Of a DNA stretch of 14,307 nucleotides, positions 1 to 9,089 are shown one piece after another; positions within the stretch are counted from its first letter, which is position 1, and every line of letters begins with the position of its first letter. This DNA is from Sulfurihydrogenibium sp. (lineage in GTDB: Bacteria > Aquificota > Aquificia > Aquificales > Hydrogenothermaceae): contig JBBIPN010000032.1 in assembly GCA_037442825.1 (NCBI GenBank), forward strand, positions 1 to 14,307, in the 5' to 3' direction. Made by a program: the position numbers and the translations under genes. Below the pieces are notes generated by a model. The model had not been told where the DNA came from. It worked only from the letters and a program-made list of their open reading frames with translations, and ran no database searches.

Positions 1-1
1 T

Positions 2-967
2 TTAGCTATAGTTGTTTCTTTTATTTTTAGAAATGGTGATTACTGTAAATATATTTGTCCTATCGGAGCTATTAACACAGCTTTTAACAGAGTAGGTTTT
101 ACTTGGTTATCTACAAATCAAGAAGATTGTAAAAATTGTAAAAAACCTGTTTGTGCATTTTCCTGTCCTTATAAGTTTAATCCTTCAAAATTTGATAAAT
201 TAAATTCGATGGAAGATTGTAATTTATGTATGGAATGTGCAAATGCATGTGGTTCTGTAAGATGGGAAGTTAGAAAATGGGGATTTTCTCTCTATAACAA
301 AATGCCAAAACCACAAAGTTATGAAGTTTTAACCTACATACTTATTATAGGAGTAATAACGATTACAATGAAGTATCATCATGGACTATCAAGGACAGGG
401 TTATCTGATATACTACCTTGGACTATTGTGGGAAATTATTTAAATAATATTTTTCATTTTCCAAAATTTATTGATGTTGTCGGTTTCGTAGCACTATTGA
501 TGGGTATAACTTCTTCTTTAATCTTCTCCATAGGAGGCTTTTATATTGCTTCTAAACTTCTAAAGGTTGATTTTAATTACTTTTTTAACCATATTGGGTA
601 TGCTTTTGCCCCTATTATGATTGTAGGAGGTTTATCCCATGCTTTGTCCTTTTTCTTTATTGAATACTATCATGAGTTTGTAAACGGTATCTCTCAAGCA
701 TTCTTCTTAGGTATAACAGTAGAACCGTTAGCATCAAGAAAAGATTTATGGCTTAGAATATTTACAATTTTAAATTATATAGCTGGATTTTGGAGTATAT
801 ACTTGGTTTATAAGAGAATGGTTGTTTATGAATTTAACAGTAATAAGAATTTTAAATTAGCTTTTATTTTTGCTGCTGCTCTTCCAATATTTTATATATT
901 ATTATCTGTATTCCAACAGTATGCATTTATAGCTTACCCTCCCAGTTTTATGGAACATCACCATTAA
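2..967 (+). CDS. Membrane-bound 4Fe-4S binding protein (NapH/FixG-like polyferredoxin), 5'-truncated by the window edge
   Basis: Frame 2 is open from position 2 into the listed 209..967 ORF: LAIVVSFIFRNGDYCKYICPIG (CxxxCP), CKNCKKPVCAFSCP, then CNLCMECANAC (CxxCxxCxxxC). About 5 hydrophobic helices follow, ending in MEHHH. The ATG at 209 is an internal Met. Confidence 0.85.
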   Translation, partial: LAIVVSFIFRNGDYCKYICPIGAINTAFNRVGFTWLSTNQEDCKNCKKPVCAFSCPYKFNPSKFDKLNSMEDCNLCMECANACGSVRWEVRKWGFSLYNKMPKPQSYEVLTYILIIGVITITMKYHHGLSRTGLSDILPWTIVGNYLNNIFHFPKFIDVVGFVALLMGITSSLIFSIGGFYIASKLLKVDFNYFFNHIGYAFAPIMIVGGLSHALSFFFIEYYHEFVNGISQAFFLGITVEPLASRKDLWLRIFTILNYIAGFWSIYLVYKRMVVYEFNSNKNFKLAFIFAAALPIFYILLSVFQQYAFIAYPPSFMEHHH

Positions 968-969
968 TT

Positions 970-1003
970 TGTTAAACTTTTATTAACATTTATATTGTAT
1001 AAT
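970..1003 (+). promoter_or_regulatory. Putative exbB promoter: -10 TATAAT with an upstream inverted repeat
   Basis: TGTTAA(970-975)-N7-TTAACA(983-988); TATAAT at 998-1003; RBS AGGGAG at 1021-1026 before ATG 1033. No recognisable -35. Confidence 0.4.
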
Positions 1004-1032
1004 TTTTTAAAAATTTATATAGGGAGTATACA

Positions 1033-1488
1033 ATGAGTTTGACAGATATAGTTTTAAAACTTTCACTAATTGGAGGAGATCCAGTCCTTTACATACTTTT
1101 AGTAATGAGTATAATCACAATAGCTATCATTATTGAAAGATTTATAGCTATAAAATCTATTGAAAAAAATCTATCCAGTTATTCACCTTTAGAATTAAGA
1201 TTGGCTTTAGAAAAAAGACTTGGTATTTTAGCTACGTTTGGGAATAATGCACCTTTTATAGGACTTTTTGGAACTGTTTTAGGAATAATAAAGGCTTTTC
1301 ATCACCTTGGAACTTCTTCAGAGTTTGGCGTTAGGGTAGTTATGGCCGGAATATCTGAAGCTCTTGTTGCTACAGCCATGGGTTTATTTGTAGCTATCCC
1401 TTCAGTAATAGGTTATAACTACTTCGTTAGGAAAATGAAATTTTTAATGATGATCTATGAAGAAAACAGGAACAGGAGATACAAATGA
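1033..1488 (+). CDS. exbB: MotA/TolQ/ExbB proton channel protein (short ExbB)
   Basis: LATFGNNAPFIGLFGTVLGII and GISEALVATAMGLFVAIP family motifs; three TM helices; precedes exbD and tonB. Confidence 0.9.
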   Translation: MSLTDIVLKLSLIGGDPVLYILLVMSIITIAIIIERFIAIKSIEKNLSSYSPLELRLALEKRLGILATFGNNAPFIGLFGTVLGIIKAFHHLGTSSEFGVRVVMAGISEALVATAMGLFVAIPSVIGYNYFVRKMKFLMMIYEENRNRRYK

Positions 1489-1883
1489 AAATAACTGATG
1501 AAAATGATAAAGAAATATCTGAAATAAATATGATTCCTCTTGTTGATATTGTACTTGTCATTCTTATTATTTTTATGGCAACAGCTACATTTATGGTAGA
1601 AGGTAAAATACCTCTTGATCTACCTAAAGCAAAAACAGGAGAACCAGCAAAACAACTTCAAAAGCGAATAGAGATAACTATTAAAAAGGATGGAATATAC
1701 TACGAAGGACAAAAAGTAACACCAGAGCAATTAAAAAATATCTTAGAAAAAATAAAACCAGAAAACCAAGTAGTTTCTTTAAGGTCAGAAAAAAACGTAA
1801 TCTTTCAAGATGTAGTAACTGTTATAGACGTTTGTAGACAAGTTGGTATTGAAAAATATGTTATAGAAACTAAAAAAGAGTGA
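1485..1883 (+). CDS. exbD: ExbD/TolR biopolymer transport protein
   Basis: EINMIPLVDIVLVILIIFM TM motif with the conserved Asp, then LDLPKA; ATGA overlap with exbB. Confidence 0.92.
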   Translation: MKITDENDKEISEINMIPLVDIVLVILIIFMATATFMVEGKIPLDLPKAKTGEPAKQLQKRIEITIKKDGIYYEGQKVTPEQLKNILEKIKPENQVVSLRSEKNVIFQDVVTVIDVCRQVGIEKYVIETKKE

Positions 1884-2662
1884 TGATGGTTAAAAATGAA
1901 AAAAAGATACTGATAATATCTATTTTTATCTCTATAATATTTCATTTGGCTATATTTGGTATCTTTTATTTTATAAATACAAAAAATCAGGAAGAAAAAG
2001 AAAAAATAATTACACTTACACTTGAGAATCTAAAAGAAAAAGAGATTAAACCATCAATAGAAACAAAAAAAATAGAAACAAAAAAAAAGGAACCTCAAAA
2101 AATATTTACACCTAAACAAGAAAAACCAAAATTAGAAGAACTTAAACCTATAGAAAAAGATCAAAAATTAGTTGAAAAATCAGATATAGAAGAAACTCAA
2201 CAAAAAATATCGGAAAACCCTGTGGAACAACCTAAACAACAAGAACAACCAACAAAAACAGAAAGTACAGATACAAATCAGCAATCTAAGGTAGAAGAAC
2301 TTAAACCTATCGATATTACAAAAGGAAAACCAGACACATTTAAACAACCTGAAAAGAAAGAAGAAGATATAAATGGTTATCTTAAAGAATTGATAAGATA
2401 TCTAAATCAACAAGCACGGGAGAGAGACCTATATCCACCAATTGCAAAAAGGTTAAAAATTGAAGGTGAAGTTATAATTAGAGTTACAATAAATGAAGAT
2501 GGAACCATCGATGAAAATTCCATAAAGATTACTGATCCAAGTGGTTATAACGTTTTAGACAAAGGAGCTATAGAAATCTTAAAAAAATTACAACCTTATA
2601 AAAAACCACCCAAAAAAATTACAGTTGAAATACCTATAGTTTTTCAAATAATATATATGTGA
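1883..2662 (+). CDS. tonB: Energy transducer TonB
   Basis: N-terminal TM with S-x3-H (SIIFH); E/K/P/Q-rich linker; C-terminal YPPIAKRLKIEGEV...SGYNVLD domain. Start could be GTG 1880, ATG 1883 or ATG 1886. Confidence 0.9.
   Translation: MMVKNEKKILIISIFISIIFHLAIFGIFYFINTKNQEEKEKIITLTLENLKEKEIKPSIETKKIETKKKEPQKIFTPKQEKPKLEELKPIEKDQKLVEKSDIEETQQKISENPVEQPKQQEQPTKTESTDTNQQSKVEELKPIDITKGKPDTFKQPEKKEEDINGYLKELIRYLNQQARERDLYPPIAKRLKIEGEVIIRVTINEDGTIDENSIKITDPSGYNVLDKGAIEILKKLQPYKKPPKKITVEIPIVFQIIYM
2057..2086 (+). repeat. 15-bp tandem duplication ATAGAAACAAAAAAA x2 (IETKK x2) in the TonB linker
   Basis: Read directly: copies at 2057-2071 and 2072-2086. Confidence 0.8.
2133..2310 (+). repeat. 19-bp direct repeat TAGAAGAACTTAAACCTAT (EELKPI x2) in the TonB linker
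   Basis: Exact copies at 2133-2151 and 2292-2310, in the same reading frame. Confidence 0.8.
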
Positions 2663-3108
2663 TGAAAAAGTTAAAAATATTTTCAGATGGGGCTTGTTTA
2701 GGTAATCCTGGCCCAGGTGGCTACTGTAGTATCATTACAGATGGGAAAAAAAGATTTGTTATAAAAGATGGTGAGAACTACACTACCAACAATAGGATGG
2801 AACTTTTAGCTGTTATTGTACCTTTAGAAAAAATAAAAAATAGTTATCAGATAAATCTGTATACAGATTCAAAATATGTAATTGAAGGTATAAATAGTTG
2901 GCTTGAAAAATGGGTTAAAAATGGTTGGAAAACATCATCAGGCAAACATGTAGAAAATAAAGACCTATGGGAAAGATTATATAATCAGTTAAAGAGACAT
3001 CAAATAACAACACACTGGATTAAAGGACATTCAGGACATCCTGAAAATGAGTACTGTGATAAAATAGCAAAACAAGAGGCTTTAAAATTTAAAAATGAAA
3101 AAAAATAA
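2662..3108 (+). CDS. rnhA: Ribonuclease HI
   Basis: FSDGACLGNPGPGG, TTNNRMEL, YTDSKY and WIKGHSGHPENEYCD motifs. ATG 2662 overlaps the tonB TGA (alternative GTG 2659). Confidence 0.96.
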   Translation: MKKLKIFSDGACLGNPGPGGYCSIITDGKKRFVIKDGENYTTNNRMELLAVIVPLEKIKNSYQINLYTDSKYVIEGINSWLEKWVKNGWKTSSGKHVENKDLWERLYNQLKRHQITTHWIKGHSGHPENEYCDKIAKQEALKFKNEKK

Positions 3109-4429
3109 AGTTAAAACAATCTATATATGTAATAATTGTGGATCAACCTATCCAACATGGGTAGGAAAATGCAATGAGTGTGGGAGTTATAACTCTGTTA
3201 TTGAAGAAATAAAAGAAGAAAAGAAGAAAAGTTACACAACTTATTCAACATCTATATTATTAGAGCCTATAACTGAAATTAAAAAAAATATTTCTTTAGA
3301 AAGAAAAAAAACAGGATTTTTTAGTTTAGATAATGCTTTAGGTGGTGGTTTAGTAGAAGGTCAAGTTGTTCTAATTTCAGGAGAGCCAGGTATTGGAAAA
3401 TCTACCCTTTTACTTCAAATTTCATCCTATTTTGCAGAAAAAGAAAAAATACTATATATATCAGCTGAAGAATCTCAACAACAAATATACATAAGGGCTG
3501 AAAGATTAAATGCAATTAAAAATAATCTATATGTTTTATCTGAAACAAACTTTGAAACGATAATATCTGCAATAGAAAATTTAAACCCTTCCTTAATTGT
3601 ACTCGATTCTATTCAAACAGTTTATTCTGAAAGTTTAGAGTCTGCCGCAGGTTCTGTAAGTCAAGTAAAGTATATAAGTGGTAAAATAACAGAGATATCA
3701 AAATCAAAAGGAATTACATCACTTATAGTAGGACAGATTACAAAAGAAGGAAGTATAGCAGGACCAAAGGTTTTAGAGCATATTGTTGATACAGTAGCCC
3801 AGTTTGAAGGTGAAAGAGGTTATGGTTATAGAATATTAAAAATAGTAAAAAATCGCTTTGGTTCATCTGGGGAAATAGCAGTATTTAGTATGACAGATAA
3901 AGGTATGGAAGAAGTTTCAGAACCTTCAGCATTCTTTTTATCAGAAAAACCAAAAAATGAACCAGGAAGCGTTATATTTCCATATGCAGAAAGCTCAAAA
4001 CCTATACTTGTAGAAGTTCAAGCACTTGTATCTAAGACATTTTTCCCAGTTCCACAAAGAAAATCACAAGGTATAGATTTAAATAAATTAGCTATATTAA
4101 CAGCTGTAATAGAAAAAGAGTTAAAGATAAACCTAAAAGATAAAGATATCTTCATAAATGTAGTTGGTGGAATAAACATAGATGAACCAGCTGTAGACCT
4201 TGCAGTAGCGACTGCCATATACTCATCTTATATAAACAAACCATTAGACAATTTAGCAGTATTTGGAGAGATAGGTCTTACTGGTGAAGTTAGATCAGTA
4301 CACTTTTTAGATTTAAGAGTAAAAGAATGTGAGAAATTTGGTATAAAAAATATTATTTGTCCAAATTTTGGGAAAACAAACACAATAGGAATAAAAAAAT
4401 TAAGCCAAATTAAAGAAATAATAAAATAA
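3095..4429 (+). CDS. radA: DNA repair protein RadA/Sms
   Basis: C4 zinc finger (CNNC...CNEC), Walker A GEPGIGKS, LDSIQT, KNRFG motif and Lon-like C-terminal GEIGLTGEVR. Confidence 0.97.
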   Translation: MKKNKVKTIYICNNCGSTYPTWVGKCNECGSYNSVIEEIKEEKKKSYTTYSTSILLEPITEIKKNISLERKKTGFFSLDNALGGGLVEGQVVLISGEPGIGKSTLLLQISSYFAEKEKILYISAEESQQQIYIRAERLNAIKNNLYVLSETNFETIISAIENLNPSLIVLDSIQTVYSESLESAAGSVSQVKYISGKITEISKSKGITSLIVGQITKEGSIAGPKVLEHIVDTVAQFEGERGYGYRILKIVKNRFGSSGEIAVFSMTDKGMEEVSEPSAFFLSEKPKNEPGSVIFPYAESSKPILVEVQALVSKTFFPVPQRKSQGIDLNKLAILTAVIEKELKINLKDKDIFINVVGGINIDEPAVDLAVATAIYSSYINKPLDNLAVFGEIGLTGEVRSVHFLDLRVKECEKFGIKNIICPNFGKTNTIGIKKLSQIKEIIK

Positions 4430-4494
4430 AAATCATACTAATTAAGCATTTGAATATATAATATTTATTTAAAACTTTGTAGGAGCTTAAAACT

Positions 4495-6240
4495 ATGCAG
4501 AAAAAAAGAGGAGCAGATATAGTTGTAGATGTTTTAATACATGAAGGTGTAGATACTATTTTCGGACTTCCTGGCGGTGCCATTATGGAAGTATATGATG
4601 CTTTATTTGATGCACCATTTAAAAATGTTCTAGCAAGACATGAACAAGCTGCTTGTCATATGGCAGATGGTTATGCAAGGGCTACAGGAAAAGTAGGTGT
4701 AGTAATAGCTACATCTGGACCAGGTGCAACAAACCTTGTAACAGGATTAGCAACAGCTTACATGGACTCTATACCGTTAGTAGCGATAACAGGTCAAGTA
4801 CCAAGACATTACATAGGTACAGATGCATTTCAAGAAGCTGATGTTATAGGTATTACAAGACCAATAACGAAACACAACTTTTTAGTTACAGATATAAAAG
4901 ATTTACCAGTAATATTAAGACAAGCCTTTTATATAGCAAGAACTGGTAGACCAGGACCTGTACTTGTAGATATACCAAAAGACATAACTCAACAAGTATC
5001 AGAATTTAAAATACCTACAGATGAAGAGGTAAAAGAATCCCTTCCAGGTTACAATCCTCATATAGAAGGAAATCCCGTTCAGATTAAAAAAGCAGCAGAA
5101 TTAATAAGAAAAGCAACTAAACCAGTTTTATATGTTGGTGGTGGAGCAATAATATCAAATGCAGCAGAAGAAATTTACAAATTAGCTCATTTAACAAAAA
5201 TACCTGTAACAACTACAAATATGGGAAAAGGTGCCTTCCCAGAAACAGATCCATTAGCTTTACATATGCTTGGTATGCATGGAACTTACTATGCAAATAT
5301 GGCTGTTTACAACTGTGATTTACTTATAGCTGTAGGTGCAAGGTTTGACGATAGGGTAACAGGTAAGATAAATGAGTTTGCTCCAGAAGCAAAAATTATT
5401 CATATAGATATAGATCCAGCCTCTATTAGTAAAACAATAACTGTTGATGTACCGATAGTAGGTGATGTAAAAACTGTTTTACAAAAACTTATAAAAGAGT
5501 TAGAAGAAAAACCTGTAGAATGGATAGCTGCAAGAGATAATTGGTTAAAACAGATAGAAGAATGGAAAGAAAAACACCCACTTAATTATAGAAAATCAGA
5601 TAAAATTATTAAACCACAGTATGTTATAGAAGAAATTCACAATATAACAAACGGAGATGCTATCATATCTGCAGGTGTTGGACAACATCAAATGTGGGCT
5701 GCAATGTTTTATAAATATAGTTATTCAAGACAGTTTTTAAACTCAGGTGGACTTGGGACAATGGGTTTTGGATTTCCAGCAGCAGTTGGTGCTAAAATAG
5801 GGAGACCAGAAAAAACAGTTTTTGCGATAGAAGGAGATGGTTCATTTATAATGAATGTTCAAGATTTAACAACTGCTGTACAATACAGAGTACCTGTTAA
5901 AATAGCTATAATAAACAACGGATTCCTTGGAATGGTAAGACAGTGGCAACAGTTTTTCTATGATAGCAGATATGCAAGTGTATGTTTATCTGTTCAACCA
6001 GATTTTGTTAAACTTGCAGAAAGTTTTGGAGCATTAGGTTTAAGAGCAACAAAACCTTCTGAAGTTAGAGAAGTTTTAGTAAAAGCAATGGAAATAAACG
6101 ATAGACCTGTATTAATAGACTTTGTTGTAGATAGAGAAGAAAATGTTTTACCTATGGTTCCAGCAGGTAAAAGCTACAGAGAGATGATACTTACGCCTAA
6201 GCAAAAAGGTGAAGCAGAAACTATGTATTTAGTGGGGTAA
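4495..6240 (+). CDS. ilvB: Acetolactate synthase large subunit (biosynthetic)
   Basis: RHEQAACHMADGYAR, TSGPGATN, GTDAFQE, RFDDRVTG, GQHQMW, TPP motif GDGSF...NNGFLGMVRQWQ; RBS AGGAG at 4481-4485. Confidence 0.97.
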   Translation: MQKKRGADIVVDVLIHEGVDTIFGLPGGAIMEVYDALFDAPFKNVLARHEQAACHMADGYARATGKVGVVIATSGPGATNLVTGLATAYMDSIPLVAITGQVPRHYIGTDAFQEADVIGITRPITKHNFLVTDIKDLPVILRQAFYIARTGRPGPVLVDIPKDITQQVSEFKIPTDEEVKESLPGYNPHIEGNPVQIKKAAELIRKATKPVLYVGGGAIISNAAEEIYKLAHLTKIPVTTTNMGKGAFPETDPLALHMLGMHGTYYANMAVYNCDLLIAVGARFDDRVTGKINEFAPEAKIIHIDIDPASISKTITVDVPIVGDVKTVLQKLIKELEEKPVEWIAARDNWLKQIEEWKEKHPLNYRKSDKIIKPQYVIEEIHNITNGDAIISAGVGQHQMWAAMFYKYSYSRQFLNSGGLGTMGFGFPAAVGAKIGRPEKTVFAIEGDGSFIMNVQDLTTAVQYRVPVKIAIINNGFLGMVRQWQQFFYDSRYASVCLSVQPDFVKLAESFGALGLRATKPSEVREVLVKAMEINDRPVLIDFVVDREENVLPMVPAGKSYREMILTPKQKGEAETMYLVG

Positions 6241-6244
6241 TAAA

Positions 6245-6802
6245 ATGAATGAAATTAAAGTTTTAAAAGTAAGACCAGAGCTAGAGAAAAGAGTAAGAAA
6301 ACATATAATAACTGTAAAAGTGCTACATAACTTTGGTGTACTTGCAAGAATTACTGGTTTATTTGCAGGAAGAGGTTATAACATAGAAAGCTTGACAGTT
6401 GGAAGGACTCATGAACCAAACATTGCAAGAATAACAATAGTAGTTGATGGAGATGAAAGGGTAATAGAACAGATAATAAAACAACTTAGAAAATTAGTAG
6501 AAACATTAAGAGTAAGAGATATTACAGATCTATTACATATAGAAAGAGAGTTAGCACTTATTAAAGCATACACAGCAGACGATAGAACAAGAGATGAAAT
6601 AATGAGGTTGGTAAATATTTTTAGAGCTAAAGTCGTAGATGTTTCTACTGATACTTACACTATCGAGATAACAGGGGATAATGAGAAGATAGAGGCATTT
6701 ATAAACTTAATTAGACCTTTCGGAATAAAAGAAATGGCAAGGACAGGAACGTTAGCAATGGTTAGAGAATCTGCAAATATAAGATTAGATAAGGGGGAAT
6801 AA
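6245..6802 (+). CDS. ilvN: Acetolactate synthase small regulatory subunit
   Basis: ACT domain GVLARITGLFAGRGYNIESL, ERELALIK, EMARTG; lies directly after ilvB. Confidence 0.95.
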   Translation: MNEIKVLKVRPELEKRVRKHIITVKVLHNFGVLARITGLFAGRGYNIESLTVGRTHEPNIARITIVVDGDERVIEQIIKQLRKLVETLRVRDITDLLHIERELALIKAYTADDRTRDEIMRLVNIFRAKVVDVSTDTYTIEITGDNEKIEAFINLIRPFGIKEMARTGTLAMVRESANIRLDKGE

Positions 6803-7401
6803 TGAAAAAATTTGTACTGTTAGCTTTAGTTTCTACTGCTGTTAATGCACAAGAGATAGGTTTAGCAAAAACAAACGTTGAAAACCTTCCAGAAAGTTAT
6901 TCAGAAGTTTTTACTAAATTTTTAGCTGATACTTTAGAATCTGCAGAACTTGTTCAAAAAAATAAAAACTATCTTTTTACCATTTATCCATCTATAAGTT
7001 GGGAAGGAAAAGCTTACAATATATGTTTTAAAACTTACAAAATAGATAACTTGTATTCTTCATCTTGTATAACTGTAAACTATGCAGAGGATATATACGA
7101 TAGATTAAAAACAATATCAAATAATGAGTTTTTCAAAATAAAAAATATACCTCCTCAAAGTATAAGTATAAAAGTAAAATTAGATAAACCACTTACATAT
7201 AACAAAGTTAAAATAGTTTCTTCAAAAGGAGATAATTTAACAAGATACGTATCTGTTTTTAAAGAAGGAGATACTAATATAGACTTAGGAAATGTAAATG
7301 CAAATTTAAATATAATATTAATTCCAGAAGAAAAAACTGGAGAAGTTTTTAAACTACTTTTAGAAAACAAAAAAATAGAAAAATTAATTACAACTTTTTA
7401 A
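6802..7401 (+). CDS. Hypothetical exported protein
   Basis: 199-aa ORF; RBS-like AAGGGGG; TAATG overlap with ilvN; signal-peptide-like MKKFVLLALVSTAVNA|QE. No family recognised. Confidence 0.75.
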   Translation: MKKFVLLALVSTAVNAQEIGLAKTNVENLPESYSEVFTKFLADTLESAELVQKNKNYLFTIYPSISWEGKAYNICFKTYKIDNLYSSSCITVNYAEDIYDRLKTISNNEFFKIKNIPPQSISIKVKLDKPLTYNKVKIVSSKGDNLTRYVSVFKEGDTNIDLGNVNANLNIILIPEEKTGEVFKLLLENKKIEKLITTF

Positions 7402-8433
<1,032 letters not shown>

Positions 8434-8449
8434 TTAACAAGGTTAAATA

Positions 8450-9076
8450 ATGAATTTAACATCAAAAAGAAAACATTTAAAAAAGATATACGAGCCTGTT
8501 GGTGTCCTCCTTGCAAGGAAGACCAAAATAACACCAAATATAATAACAGTAATATCTGTCGTAATTGGAACATTGGCAGCTTTATCCTATTTTAACGGGA
8601 AACCGTTAATTGGTGCTATATTGATATTTATTAGTGGTTATTTTGATCTATTAGATGGTGTTATAGCAAGGGAGAAAGAAAAAGCATCAAAATTTGGAGC
8701 TGTCTTTGATTGGATAGCAGATAAGTTTGTTGACGGATTTTTACTATTCTTTATTGGAATAACCTATTCTACACCACATTTAACAGCAATAGCTATAACA
8801 ACAAGTATGCTTCATACATTTATAAAACCTGTCTCTTATGCAGAAATTGGTTTTTCTAATAGAAACAAAGGTAAAATAGACGATCCATTAGAAGGGGTAG
8901 GTTTCTTTGGAAGGCCAGAAACATTATTGACAATAATTATATTTTCAATATTTGAACAATTTAAAATATTCGGTGGACTTGAATTTGGCTATGTTTTAAT
9001 TGCATCTTTAACAACACTCTCTTTATTACAACGAATAGTGTACCTATATATAAAATACAATAAGGATTACGATTAA
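8450..9076 (+). CDS. CDP-alcohol phosphatidyltransferase family protein (PIP-synthase-like architecture, acceptor unknown)
   Basis: TPNIIT plus the complete signature D66-x2-D-G-x2-A-R-x8-G-x3-D-x3-D91 (DLLDGVIAREKEKASKFGAVFDWIAD); about 6 TM helices. Confidence 0.92.
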   Translation: MNLTSKRKHLKKIYEPVGVLLARKTKITPNIITVISVVIGTLAALSYFNGKPLIGAILIFISGYFDLLDGVIAREKEKASKFGAVFDWIADKFVDGFLLFFIGITYSTPHLTAIAITTSMLHTFIKPVSYAEIGFSNRNKGKIDDPLEGVGFFGRPETLLTIIIFSIFEQFKIFGGLEFGYVLIASLTTLSLLQRIVYLYIKYNKDYD

Positions 9077-9089
9077 TAAGAGGAATATC

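Noticed and set aside
1863..1877. ATAGAAACTAAAAAA (IETKK) at the end of exbD resembles the tonB tandem repeat unit
   Set aside because: Low-complexity A-rich match, probably coincidental.
4018..4218. 66-aa minus-strand ORF
   Set aside because: Antisense shadow of radA with no motifs.
4430..4494. Possible attenuator or T-box leader before ilvB
   Set aside because: Only 65 bp, with no leader peptide or stable hairpin visible; just a TATAAT (4457-4462) and an RBS.
4653..4841. 62-aa alternate-frame ORF
   Set aside because: Lies wholly inside ilvB, has a TTG start and atypical composition.
7155..7370. 71-aa minus-strand ORF
   Set aside because: Antisense to the exported hypothetical gene; no supporting signal.
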